A stretch of 59,312 nucleotides of DNA, the filler included, from Sphacelaria rigidula (taxonomy: Eukaryota), in the NCBI GenBank assembly GCA_964200075.2. It is 10 parts of 10 records of this genome, joined end to end, with 100 filler letters (N's around TTAATTAATTAA, not from the genome) between each part and the next. Parts side by side here need not be neighbours in the genome. Positions count along the whole stretch, not along the records: positions 35,649 to 41,489 come from CAXNAA020024044.1; positions 41,590 to 47,430 come from CAXNAA020024045.1; positions 47,531 to 53,371 come from CAXNAA020024046.1; 7 more parts are not named here. One strand, written 5' to 3'. The position numbers and the translations under genes are program-made. Each line of letters opens with the position of its first letter. The stretch's first letter is position 1. The notes below the pieces were generated by a model that ran no database searches, had not been told where the DNA came from, and saw only the letters and a list, made by a program, of their open reading frames with translations. Positions 35,880 through 48,385 of this stretch are shown here, one piece after another.

Positions 35880-37983
35880 GAGAATAATTAGCCGAGCCTA
35901 CGTGCCGCGCAATAATACTTCACCTGTTCCAAAATTGCCGACTTCCATTCCCTTGCGAATGTCCTCGAACCCGTCGGACGGCGCCGGGCACCCATACAGG
36001 ATGAAGTTGTTGAGCTGGTCGCACAAGCAAACTGCACATGGATGTTGACGGCATTGTACTTTTCACCTGCGAACCCACGCACACACCTCAGTCAGACCGT
36101 CCTACCGGTAGATATGTTCGACCACTCGGTCCAGAACCTCTTTGCACGTACGTGCCAATGCTGCTGCTGCGACCATGAGTCCTGCACGAGTTCAATTCCA
36201 ACATTTCGACCGATATGGTAACAACACGGACGACCTAGTTCATCGAGCGATTCTACTGGTGGGTAGGTATCGACCAAAGTGTCCGTTGGTGGGTACGTTG
36301 TTGTTTGATTTGTCAGGCGCGCAAGACGTCTCCCTAGACTGTGCGTTGACGAATCATGTCCATGCCGCTCCACAATGGGCTCGGTGAAGTTATATCTTGG
36401 GACTATTTTGGACCGTTGCCGCTCATGGAGAGTAGCAACAAGTACATTTTGTTCATGAGTGATCGATTCAGTTGTCATTCCGTCATGCATGCCGGAACCC
36501 CGGAAGTTATTGTCGGTCAATGGCGAATATGTTTCCGGCAAAATTTCTACTGCGGTCAGTACACCACTCGGTTCCCATCGCATCTTTGTAAGTCCGTACC
36601 ATCCCCAAACGAACGGTGGAACGGAACGTGTCAACCATACGATGGCGCAACTGCTGCCAGCCGTCACAAACGAACGGCAAACAGATTGGGACCTGCATCT
36701 GCCCTTATTTCAACTGAACTACAACAACTCGGTCCACACCGCCACCGGCCTTGCACCAAATGAAATCCACATTGGTCGCATGCCGCGGCCGCCTTTGACC
36801 ATATTCGAGCACCGCAACGTGGGCGATCATCACAGTTTGAACCGGGACATCAGGGAGTATCATGACCTTTTGAGTCATTGTCTGCGGTTGGCATATGATT
36901 TGGTGCGTGAGCAAAACCAAATCAATTTGACAAAAGCGATCAGTGCAAATACCACGTTGGATGCGGTGGTGCATCAGCGCCCAGTGTGGAAGGTGGGTGC
37001 ATGGGCGTGGGTGTACAACGATGTACAGACAATTCGCCAAGGAGCCAGCGCGAGTACAGATTCGCCGGATAAGGTGTTGAAGGCCAAGCTGTCTCTCAAT
37101 TGGACCGAGCCGTGAAAAATGTTGGGCGTTGTGCCAAGTGCTACAGCACCGGATGATCGACCCATCGGGAAAAGCCTCTTGTACCTCGATTTCCCCACGG
37201 CTGAGGCTGGGCCTCCGCAGAAAAACCGCGTGTCTTTCTAGCGCTGTAAACCTTGCCCCGCCCCGCACGACACCACTAATTTGCCCAAACAATTGCCGTT
37301 GGGACTCAGCCAGTAGGGTTTGACGAGGCACACCACCAAGTCGCCGTCTTTGCATGTCACGGCTGAAGATGCTCACGCCCCCGTGGAACGCGTGGTAGTC
37401 GATCATATCAGCGGACACCAACTGGTCCGCGGTCGTGGTGGTAAAATAGCAGTGATGTATCAGACGCAGTGGAAAGGATCAATGCGGGTCACATGGGAAC
37501 GGGAAGTCGACTTGCGGCATTTCCGTAGACAAATCTTGTTGTACTGGGTAGGCGATGTTGCGCAACACCGTCCGTTGAACCGAAGATACAGGTCTATGCG
37601 GAAGGGCGCGTCGGCACGGGAACTGGCCCGGGAGCATTCGGCCCGGTTCGTCATGGCTGACTATAGCTTTTTTTCGCGTGCGCAATACTTGCTTTCTTTC
37701 CGCAGGAAACGTCTACCGAAGGGCGCGTACTTCTGGTACAAGGCGCAGGACTCTCTGGTGACTGGGCAAGATTCACTCACCAGCACCCGACTCCGACAAC
37801 TCCTACTACATCCGCTTCCTAGATGACCCCGGCCCCCTGAAGCTCAATTTAGACTACGCCTACTACACTGAAGCGTCGCCCGCTCGCCGCGGGTCCTGGT
37901 GTCTCCAGCGTCATGACGACGGCAACATCGACGACGCTATTCTCCGGAATACCGACAATTCATGGGAGGAAGCCGAGTCTTGA
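35880..37983 (+). mobile_element. Degenerate Ty3/Gypsy pol 3' half: integrase zinc-binding region, core, GPY/F, chromodomain and an extra C-terminal domain
   Basis: ERFYWWVGIDQSVRWWVRCCLICQARKT; WDYFGPLP; SPYHPQTNGGTERVNHTMAQLL; KLSLNWTEP; VDHISGHQLVRGRGGKIAVMYQTQWKGSMRVTWERE. Several stops and frameshifts; terminal TGA at 37981-37983. Confidence 0.92.
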
Positions 37984-38067
37984 TGCATTCTGTCCTACTG
38001 TCCCCGTTGTGTCGCCTAGCTGCTTCGACGCCATGGCCGCAACCCCCCCCCCTTCTTTTTGCTGCTG

Positions 38068-38190
38068 GGTGTATGTGTGTGTATGTGCGTGTATGTGTGT
38101 GGGTGTGTGTATGCGCATGTGTATGTGGGTGTATGTATGCGCATACGTGTGTATGCGTGTGCGTGTATGCTTATGTGTGTACGTGTATGT
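38068..38190 (+). repeat. Degenerate (TG)n/(TGTA)n microsatellite
   Basis: Directly visible. Confidence 0.85.
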
Positions 38191-38639
38191 TCGCGTTTCC
38201 ATGTTGTTTTGGAGGCGTCGCATATGGTAGGTCGGGTTGATCTGGTTCTGGAACTGTGGTTCCCTTGTTCGAACACATTTGTGTCCCCAGACAAGGTGAT
38301 CCAAGCGCATTGGCACGAGCATTTTTTTTCCCGTTTCGACAGTTGGCTCGACCCACTGTCATAGCCCGCCGTACGGTATTTGTGAAGACCCCACATTGAG
38401 GTTTTACATCCATCAACCCACCTGAAATTGGTGACCGGGTGAAGTACTTGAGGACGTGTGTGTGTTCATCGTATTGAGCTGTGGGTTGCGAATATCCCAC
38501 AACTTGATCCTTCCTTCCTCGTTTGGCTCGACATTTCTGGAGAACTGAGACCACGTTGTAGTCTTTCCCTCCACTGTCATCCATTCTGTGCTGAGATACT
38601 CACTGCACTTGCTCCTTGCTAGCTTTGAGGGTTTTAGCC

Positions 38640-39255
38640 ACCTTCTCTTGTTCATTGTTTTGGTTTTTCTTGTTTTCGTTCCTGCGTCTTTCCGACCTTC
38701 ACGGAAGCCACCACCACAGGCGGTTCTAGTGGCCTGTCGGACCCGAGACGACCCGTCCCTTCTTTCCAGCTCAACATTTGCAAAAACGGATGACCGATAC
38801 CCTAAGGACGTCCTCAGTAAAAAATGTTACTCACGTAACCGACTGTGTGTTCGACATTTGTGCCAACGGATGACCGATACCCCCAGGGCTTCCTCAGCAA
38901 ATTGTCATGTGTCGGTGTCCATTACACTTTTTTCTTCTCGTGTCCTTTTTTGTTCTCGTTTTTGTTCCTGCGTCTCCACGACCTTCACTCCCTCGTGAAT
39001 CGTTGGATCCGAGACACCCCGTCTCTTCTCCTCAACCTGGATATTTGCGAAAACGGATGACCGATTCCCCAAGGGCTTCCTCAGTGAGTGTTCCTTCATA
39101 TAACCGGCTGGGTGTTTGACATTTGTGCCAACGGATGACCGATACCCCAAGGGCTTCCTCAGCAAACTGTCACGTGTTTCTGGGTATGACAACTGTGGAT
39201 TTTGTTTGTGGGCGTGTGTGAAAACGGATGACCGATTCCGCGGGCTTCCTCGATA
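38640..39255 (+). repeat. Nested tandem repeat: ~266-bp unit twice, each holding two copies of a ~33-bp motif, plus a fifth motif copy
   Basis: AACGGATGACCGAT(A/T)CCCCAAGGGCTTCCTCAG-like motif at about 38785, 38865, 39052, 39130 and 39223. Confidence 0.85.
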
Positions 39256-41451
39256 CGCGCCGCGCGGCGATTGTCGCTGCACGATCCTGGAGCTTCAATC
39301 CGCCACTGCTGCCGTTCCTAGATCCTACACCGTGAGCTCTCTCGTTGGTCTTCCCACCAGTATGAGTTTTTGCATGCACTACCTCAATGTTGAAAGTGAT
39401 GGCTTCTAGTTCGTTCTGCCTTGGCTGGCTCCTTGAAAGCGATTAACGTGATATCCTACTGCGATTGTTGCGCTCCCCCCTTGATGTCGTTCGACCGTGG
39501 GTACTACAGCTTCCGTCGACTAAGGAATAGCCTGGTTTGTATGAGTTTCCAGAGTGTTTGATCGTGAAACCATCCGGGTAACGCGCTGATTTTATCAGCG
39601 GCGCGTAGCTTGTTTGTATTTCATGTTGGTGGATTGAATTTGACCATCCGGGTGACATGCGTATATTGTAGGTCGTGGTTAGCAGGCCAGGCGTCTCCTT
39701 CGTGTGTCCCAGAGACTGGCTGATCGCGCAACCGCACGGATCCTGCGCCTAAGCTGGAACTCCGTTGTTTGCCCCTTGTTTTATTTTATCTACCCCTTTT
39801 TGTGGTGTGGGAGATGATGGTGAAACGTGAGCCTTCGAGGCTCTTCGAGCGTCTTCATGCTCACGCTTCAGAGTGGGCTATTGTCATGGTATTTGAGGGG
39901 ACTAGCGTCGATAAGGTACAGCAACGTTTTGGACATAAATATCTCGGAGTAAATCAACGTTTGGATATTAATCTTGATTAGTCGTCGAGAGATGTCAGCT
40001 TGTTGGAAGATCCAATTTGATGTTCTGGATAGTCGATATGAGATGCAAGTTGCATGGTTGATTTCTTGCCTGCTGCACATTGAATGTCCATGTGCACAAC
40101 AAATAGCGTGCCCGGAACGTTCCTTGGACTGAAGGGACGATACGATAAAGGTAGTATTAGCCGGTTCGGACGAACTGTTGGCCAGCAACGTCCCGAGTAC
40201 CTACCATTGGCTTTTAATTGTACTATGACTATGTGTGTATATAATTTTGGTGTAGGATATTGAGTGCGGTGGTACGCGCCATCAAAGCCCACCGAGCTCA
40301 CTCTATTTCAGGCCCAGGACATCATCAGCTTGGCCACCGTTGCTCTGAGTTCCAAGTGAGTCCTTACTAGTGAGCTTTATAGTCGTGGGGAAACTATTGA
40401 CTCTGGTTCGCATTGTAAACTATAAGGAGATGACCTAATTTCTGTGAACATCTGGATTTGAACTGCTGTTGTTGTTGGATCTGGGTTGGATGTTGCTGCA
40501 TAGTTGTGCATTGCAATCTGGTACATACGGCTTAAAGCTCTGTTCGTGAGAACATATCAGGGCAAAGGTGTGCTGAGGCTGCCTTCTCGAGGGCAACTAG
40601 ACCAAACTTCATTACAGACAATCGAGGAACTTTACTCGTGGTTAGAAATTGCTAATGGACAGGACCTGGGTCTTGTTCTCGGTAGAACAAAAAGGACTGT
40701 TGGGTTCGCGTAACTGGGACCCACATTACGCAGATTTGACGGTGTCAGAGGCTTCACGTCAAAACTGAATAAAGAAGGATATTAGATGATTCGACTTGTG
40801 TTTGCTGCTGAGTACGGCCAAGGCAATGTTCAATTGCTTCCAACTGCTTTGCTCTCATGTTCTTGTGACATTCGCTGGGTATCCGCTGTCTTCGTGCTCC
40901 TAAACCAACGTGAACGCGAAGAAAATAACGGTAAAAAATATCCCGCCTAAATATCTCCTATTCGAACGATGATATTCAACAGGCTTTTGTGGTTCAGGTT
41001 GCTGCTTGAAGTTTTCCATTATCTTGAAAAGGCTTTTGTGGTTCGGGATCGACACCCCCAGAAAAAGAGTCAGTTTGAGCAACTTTCGGTGGCCGAAACA
41101 CGCGCCACAGGTATCAGTTGACACCCAAACCTGAACAGTAATGAACCGCTGTGCCTTCGTCGTGCGCTGCAGAAGAAAGCGCGAGATGATATGCCTTCCT
41201 GCCAGAGAACACTCGGCACCAGTGTGATAAAAAATGTGAAGTGATACATGTACACATACATAAATATATGAAGGAGCAGATGCAAATATATACCCCGCAA
41301 AGCCGAACAGAAATTTCGGATCTTGTCGATGTTCATTGATCAATTCCTTGCAACAAACGTAACGGAATTTTTTTTAAAAAATCAGGATAATTTTCGAAAA
41401 AGTGCCCTCCGGCATCTGAGGTCATCAGGACAGAGCCGGCAAGGAGCACAA

Positions 41452-41489
41452 GAGTCATCCTACGATAGGGGGGGGGGTATTTGGTTGCA
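41452..41489 (+). mobile_element. GAG-type MITE terminus at contig end
   Basis: GAGTCATCCTACGATAGGGGGGGGGGTATTTGGTTGCA is the reverse complement of 47571-47607 apart from G-run length. Confidence 0.7.
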
Positions 41490-41589
41490 NNNNNNNNNNN
41501 NNNNNNNNNNNNNNNNNNNNNNNNNNNNNNNNNTTAATTAATTAANNNNNNNNNNNNNNNNNNNNNNNNNNNNNNNNNNNNNNNNNNNN

Positions 41590-41649
41590 ACTGACCAAGT
41601 CAGCGCTGACTTGTCAGTAGTCTAGTTGGTTGTCTCTTAAACCGTCACA
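41590..41649 (-). mobile_element. LTR 5' end containing an 18-bp palindrome (cut by contig end)
   Basis: Minus strand TGTGACGGTTTAAGAGACAACCAACTAGACTACTGACAAGTCAGCGCTGACTTGG. The first 35 nt are shared with 4908-4942. Confidence 0.55.
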
Positions 41650-42942
41650 ACCCAGGAAAACTCACACAGACGCGATACAGAGGAGAAACATAAGATCAAC
41701 ACGTAAAAAAACAAAATACACTAACCTCATAATTTCCGGTGCCGTAGGCGACCATTCGGGCTACTGGAGGCAGGGCCTAATGGTCAACTCAACACGCGAG
41801 GCCAAACAGGAATGTCGCCAAACTCAGGAACCAGGGTCACCAACCATAGCGATGAAAGTCGCAGGGCTATATCCCTGTACCTCGAGAGGGACAGCCATAT
41901 GTACGAATATAACAGACATCACAAGAAAAGCACCACATAACAGCAATACACCACCTCGGGAGAGGAGAACAGGAAAAGCAGCGATTAGTGGGGAAAAGGA
42001 AGACATGGGGAGATGATGGGGAGCCCTACCACCCCCGCCATGTTCAGTGCGGGACAAGCTGGCTACACGTTTTTTCATCTCCTTCTTGCTCTCCTCTGCA
42101 CTGGTTTTGTTGGTCCCGTTCAACCGCACGTATTCGATTGGCCTCCTCGTCATTTTGTGCCGAGATGTCATGAATTTCTCCGCTCTCTGCAGCACCCCCG
42201 CGTGCCATGGTATCTCCTCTCCCTTCTTCGCTGCTGACGGCCAGAGAAAAATTTCAACTTCGAACGTCTGTCGGCTGTCGTCCGTGGAGCCGTTCGTGGC
42301 TCTGAAAGCTTCAAGATTGTTCCTGGGCATCAACATTATTTCATCAACCTTGAATAGTAAGAATCTGGAAGAAACAGATGAGGAAAACTGCACAAAAAGG
42401 GGAGTGGTATACTCTACATTCGGTCGCACCACATAATCGGTTAAGGATACCGTGCAACTGTACGAGTATAGTTGCAGGGTTTTCCGCGGAGTTTGGAAAG
42501 ATTTTATTCGGCGAGGGATTCCAAAACGGTATGCTGTACGTAATCTCAACCTAGCTCGCAATTTGACAAAGAGAGGTTCATACGATGGACGCTTTTGTTT
42601 GAAGCGTCATCGCGGACAGGTCGTCAATATATTATACAAAACCGCTTTTCATTATGGGAGAATCCTTTCCCCCCCTCGCGGTCTATACGTTTTGATGCCG
42701 AATGATAACACACGGGTTTCCAAGTACCGCATCAGGTGAGCATAAGAAGAGTCACTGGCCCAAGTGACAGTTAGTACAGATTGACGCCTCCACTCTTTCG
42801 ACATAACATATACCTTGATTTCAGGGCCACATGGGTACTGACGCGGCCAGCCAGTACATTATATACGGTACTGGATCCTGTCAGTACCCAGGGTCCGCGA
42901 CGAAGCCCCACTGCAGGCGCATGTCCACGCAATTTGGCTTTA

Positions 42943-43275
42943 GGCGGTGTTTTAACGAAACAAGGGAATGATAATCATGTCGTGATAGTGATAGTGAAGT
43001 GACGGTTCACAACTTCATGATCACGAGAAACCACGCGCTGTTCTAATCGAGCATGCTAGGGTGGCAAACAACTGATACAGAGACGGTAAAACAGCACGCG
43101 AACAGACTGGTGACTTCAAGAAGGGCGGCAATCACGCGCAAAGGGGTATGGGTATTGTCGCAGGTCGAAACGCGGACCGCCTTCCGCACAAGAAGCAACA
43201 GCAGCATAATCAGCAGCATCCTTATTGCCAGTAGATGTACGCGGCTGGGGGTGGGACTAAATCAGCCGGTGCCGA

Positions 43276-43320
<45 letters not shown>

Positions 43321-44337
43321 TGCCGTTGTTACTCATGAGAGAGACGGTCCGCGTTGCGACCGTGCTACAACGCCCACGCACCTTGCACGTGATAGCCACC
43401 GTGCTGGAAAGCGCTGGTCCGTACTACCCGCCGATGGGTCTATACTTCCTCACTAGGCTGAGTGCTGGGAGATATAGCTGCGCGCATTTCTCTGTGCGAG
43501 CTGTGCACGTCGGGCGTGTCTCGCACGCGCGGCCGCTGCTGGTGATGGGAATGAAGCCAGCGTTCCATACAGGGGAAAACAAGTGACATGTACTCGTACT
43601 GAAAATCCTACTGTATGGGGGGTAACAACACGCAAACAGATCATAGTCGGTTTTAAATAGGAGGGGGCAATAACGCGCCAGGTGCATGGGTATTGTCGCA
43701 CGTCGAGACGCGGACCGCCTCCCGCACGAGAAGCAGCAGCAGCAGCTGCATCTTTATTGCCACTAAATGTGAACGGCTGGGGGTGGGTCTGAATCACCTT
43801 CTACTGCTGCTGCTGCTGCTTCTCTTGATCGTAGATGGTCCGTGCTTCGACCGGGCGACAACACCCACGCATCTTGCGAGTGACAGCCACCGTGCTGGAC
43901 AGCGCTGGTACGTACTACCCGCCGACGGGCTCATGCTTGCTCACTCGGCGAAGTTCTGAGAGATATTGCTGTGCGCATCTCTGTGTGGGAGCTGTGCACG
44001 TGGAGTGTGTCTCCCACGCGTGGCTACTGCTGGTGATGGGCTTGAAGCCAGCATGACTACTGCTTGTGACGGGAAGCCAACCGTCTGTCCCATGAAGAGT
44101 CCAACAGCCCACGCCTTGCAACCATGTGACGTTGCTTTTCGCATTATCACGCAAATGCCCATCCACTCTCACGAAAATTAATTCCAGAAAGATTCATTTT
44201 CGTGAGAGTGATTTTGGGGGAGGTGAGAATGTGGCGTCTAATCGCAACCAATCGGAATCGTGAAAAACGAAATCCAATCACTGTCACTATCACTATCACG
44301 CCGCGTTCCGACATTTTTGAACTCGGTAACACGGGCC
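42943..44337. mobile_element. Probable non-autonomous TIR element (Harbinger-like ends) with an internal ~539-bp tandem duplication
   Basis: Perfect 17-bp inverted repeat CGTGATAGTGATAGTGA (42981-42997) / TCACTATCACTATCACG (44284-44300) inside looser TIRs starting GGC; flanks TTA/TTC. Internal units begin at about 43128 and 43667, both with (CAG)/(CTG) tracts. Confidence 0.55.
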
Positions 44338-44484
44338 TTCTCTGAAGCAGAAAAATGCGATTCGGCTTCACTTGCAGCGCACTTCGATGAAATTGAATAA
44401 TGAGGCGTTTTAGCGGGATATAGGTAAACGAGAAAGCACTGGTAGTACTAGCTGCTCTTTTTCCATCACAAGTGTGCGCGTTAC

Positions 44485-44795
44485 ACCACGCCTCGGTGGT
44501 GTAATGGTCAGCCTGTCGCCATCAGGGTGGAGAGAGCGTGGATTCGATTCCTGATGTGTTGCGTTTTTTGTTTAAAGTTTCTGGTTTCCACCGTCGAAAG
44601 CGTGAGAACGTGAGCAAACAAAACGCGGTAGGCTAAATGTGTTATACGATTTGACGCGGTGCGCGAGTGCTGACCCAATCCGCGAGACCAAAAGCAAGGC
44701 GTGTGCTGTACCGGGGGAGAGATGAGTTGATCCATTGACACTACGGACTCGTCCCGAGGAAGGGGAGGGTTTCAAGGTGTGACAAAAAATAAAAA
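44485..44795 (+). mobile_element. Full-length tRNA-derived SINE family A (~310 bp)
   Basis: tRNA-like head with A and B boxes, body shared with 12015-12200, 55325-55470 and 1-75, and an A-rich tail. Confidence 0.82.
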
Positions 44796-46845
44796 GGTAC
44801 GCCGCCAGTACCGGTAGAACTGCCAGTTTGTAGTGGTCCAGTACCCAGCCCGAGTTACTCTGCTTTGTGCATCGCTGTTCGCCTCGTCTTCCTGGCGTGC
44901 TTTTTTCATCTACTCGAGATAGGGAAAACATCGTTTGTGAACGTGTTCCAAAGCAAACACTTGGTCCGGGTATGCGTTTCATCCATCTGTTTATTGTTAT
45001 CTAGGTACCTTTTTGTTTCATCGTCGTCGTCGCGCAAGAACAAAAATGTTTTCGTTTTTTTTTTCTCCCTCTCTCAAGATGAGAATTATCGTTTGTTTAT
45101 ATGTGTGTGTTGTTCCCCTATGTTTTTCCTTTGCTAATGAAAACAGTTGTTCCAGTCACGGTAGATGCAGCGTTTGTAGGGACCCGCCATCAGGGGCCAC
45201 GGAACCATGGTGCCGGAGATTGCAGAAGATGAGGTTTTTGTTCGCGTTTTGTGCGTATTAATTGGGTGTATGCTTGCTTGCGTGCAGTATCGCTGCCTCT
45301 GGCGTCGAAAGAGGAATTCAGAAACAAATTCCCATGATGATGTAGCGGTGATTGATCGCTTTTTTCAGGCACTTGTGCGCACAAGGCGTGTTTGGTATTT
45401 GATGGGATGATACTGCAGTCATGGGGTGAGATATAGACGGACAAAGAGCCGGAACGGGTCCATCCTCGGGATGGGAGGGGAAGGGTGGGGGACCGGGTAC
45501 CTTCCGGATACCCTTGCGTGTGTAGGCTCCAGCCTGCGACAATGCACTCCCCCCCGCCACCCTCCCCGCCACCACGTCTGAGGGCTGGCGTCGGTTGGCA
45601 ACGACGCTCTACAACACGCCACCCACTGCGTGAGCTAGGCAATCGGGTTACCGATTTATTTTTCGCTTGCGTTTTTTGTGCGGCAACCGTGATGGTGACC
45701 GAGCTAGATCATATTGTGCGGGGTGGAGAACCCGAACTCCGCGCCATGGGGGTGATCGTACTACGTACCGTTTATGTAGTGAAACAACCATGAGGCAGTG
45801 TGCATCCCGTGGCTGTCTCTGGAAGTGGCGATACCAAGAAGTGAAGCAGTTCACTGTAGGCTGTCACCCATATACAAGATAATCAGTATGCTTCGGGCCG
45901 GACAATCTTAGCGGGATGCAGCTCACCCTTCGTGCGACTCGCCGAATACATGACGGCCCTTCGCGCTTGGTGTTTGATTGTGAGCCTAGTCCAGCAAAAC
46001 CCCGACGGGATGCGAGGCCAATTGTGTCATGACTACGGCATACAAGATCATGAGTGGACCCCCCCCCGCGCGCGCGTGTCCTTCTCTTGCGATGGTCGAG
46101 TCATGATCACCGACAAATGCATGAAAATGAGTGACTCGTGAGCGTTTATACATTCGGCAAGTCATGATATACGTCAAGACTGGTTGGAGACGTGATGTCT
46201 CAAGGTGTCGGTCTCTGCATATGTACGATCCAGCTTGGTCTGCCTCAAGATGTCAAGAACGTACTCCAAGATGTGCTGTACTGACATGTCCCTTCTGCTG
46301 GAGAGGGGTCTCGCAAGGTTGTTGTTCAAAAGCTGAAGCTGACAACGATTATCTTGGGGTCTCGGTTGATATGGTGTAGAAGATAGCGGTATTGTTGGTT
46401 CCCGTCAGTCGATCGTCATTCATGCGTTGACATGGTCAGTCAATCGTTCTCTTCATCCTGAACCGAAAGTCGGTGATCCCTGACCACCTATTCCGCACTT
46501 CATGGTATGTGACACTTTGGGGAAATTTCATGTTCGAGCTATTCCCCCCCGCCCCTTGCCTTCCCCCCTGCCCCCTCGCCCAGCGATGAAAACGATGGGT
46601 TCCGTTGATTGTTCATCGTCCAGAGGGGCTAAAATTATGTATGGTACCTGATCATATATTTGCAGCAATAATACTTGAAATTTATGATGTCATTCTTTGC
46701 CTCCACGGGCACTGTTTTTCCCGCCGCGTTTGTCGTCCACCGTTGTTCGTGTTGTTGCTTGTCTTGCGCTGCTCGTGCGGTTCTAATTCCCGCTTGGTGT
46801 GATTTTGTTGTTCTGGTTCTGGGCCTACGGTATATTTCCCTCTCT

Positions 46846-47048
46846 CTGTGTGTGTCTGCCTATCTATCTGTATGTGTGTCTGTCTGTGTGTCTGTCTGTC
46901 TGTGTGTTTGTCTGCCTGTCTACCTGTCTGTGTGTGTGTGTGTCTGTCTGCCTGTCTGTGTGTCTGTGTGTCTGCCTGTCTGTGTGTCTGTGTGTCTGTC
47001 TACGTGTCTATGTGTGTGTCTGTGTGTCTGTCTATCTGCCTGTCTGTT
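46846..47048 (+). repeat. Compound (TG)/(TGTC)n microsatellite
   Basis: Directly visible. Confidence 0.9.
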
Positions 47049-47607
47049 CGCATGTTAGTGCCGGAGGTAGTGACGATTTGTTCCTGGGGACGCATACCGC
47101 GACAGCTGGCACAACCGCCACTGCTGCCCTGGATGCCCGTTCAGGTATACTCTTTGGTTGGTTGATCGGTTGGTTGATTGATTGTCGCATATCAACTGAT
47201 TACCTAGGGATCTACCTGTAGTCACCATACAGACGTGCCCAATGTAGATGAAACGCGAACAATTGCGACAGGAAGCTCGAGAAAACCTCAAATTGTAAAT
47301 AACGCAGCTGGGGGAGGGGAGGGGAGGGGAGGGGAGGGGAGGGGGGGGGGGGTGTACTTTTTTGTTGTTTTTCTTGGTCATTTTATCCTTGTCTATGCAT
47401 TCCTGTCGAGACGGGGCTGGGGGGGGGGGGNNNNNNNNNNNNNNNNNNNNNNNNNNNNNNNNNNNNNNNNNNNNTTAATTAATTAANNNNNNNNNNNNNN
47501 NNNNNNNNNNNNNNNNNNNNNNNNNNNNNNGTGGAAGGATGTCTGACAAACCTATGAGCCTCGTTTTTCGTGCAACCAAATACCCCCCCCCTATCGTAGG
47601 ATGACTC

Positions 47608-48160
47608 ACGAAGGAGACCAAACTCGACAATCTTTGATGAAGTCAGGGGTCGCCCCCGAGTAGGATACGCGTTGTGTTGCTGCGGTACATGCCAACGTTA
47701 CCTAATCTATCGATGAATCATCTCTCCCTATGAAGAGATAGGCCCACGCCCACATCTTTTCATCGCGTTCTACAAGGCACGCAACGGATAACAAAATATA
47801 ACAACCTCGAAGGGAGTCTCATTCGTATATGAGGCTTGCCTTCGCCAATCGCCGGCAAAGCAGCAAGCATAGTATTTATACTCTTGGATGGGCCTCGTGA
47901 GAGCCTCATACACGAAGCAGATCCAAGCGTGGCAATCTTTGATCAAGTCAGAGGCCGCCCCCGAATAGGAAATGCGTTGTTGCTACGGTACACGCCAATA
48001 CAACCTAACCTATAGATGAATCACCTTGCCCTACGGAGAAATAAGCCGACATATTTTCATCGCCTTCTGCAAGGCACGCAACGGATATCAAAATATAAAG
48101 ACCTCGAAGGGAGTCCCCTTCGTATATGAGGCTCGCCATCGCCAGTCGCCGGCGAGGCAA
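47608..48160 (+). repeat. Diverged tandem duplication, period ~304 bp
   Basis: Units start at about 47608 and 47912 (ACGAAG.AGA...CAATCTTTGAT.AAGTCAG...CAAGGCACGCAACGGATA.CAAAATATA...CCTCGAAGGGAGTC...TTCGTATATGAGGCT). Confidence 0.88.
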
Positions 48161-48385
48161 GGGCGTTCCAAATTCGAATTATAGATTAGGCGCCGACAAG
48201 GTATGGCTCGCTGAAACATATGTTCGCATGGCCGAACTATGGTAAAGCTAAAGGATGTCACACCTCAATACGTATTTGATATCACCCAGAACTGTGGGGC
48301 GCGACCGACCTCAAGTAATGGGGAGGACGTCAGCATGGAACCTCAAAACTCACTGTAAAAAGCCGCAGACGTATGTCTCAATGCT

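Noticed and set aside
39400..40900. Additional ORF (env-like or antisense) downstream of the Gypsy element
   Set aside because: Only short broken ORFs with no recognisable motif.
41596..41626. Helitron 3' end (18-bp hairpin, then CTAG, then T)
   Set aside because: Sequence beyond the CTAG is shared with 4908-4942 up to a TG...-type boundary, so CTAG is internal to a repeat better read as an LTR start.
41452..47607. End of contig 7 and start of contig 9 as the two flanks of one MITE insertion
   Set aside because: The flanking 4-mers differ (ACAA versus ACGA), contigs appear ordered by length, and the terminus is multi-copy.
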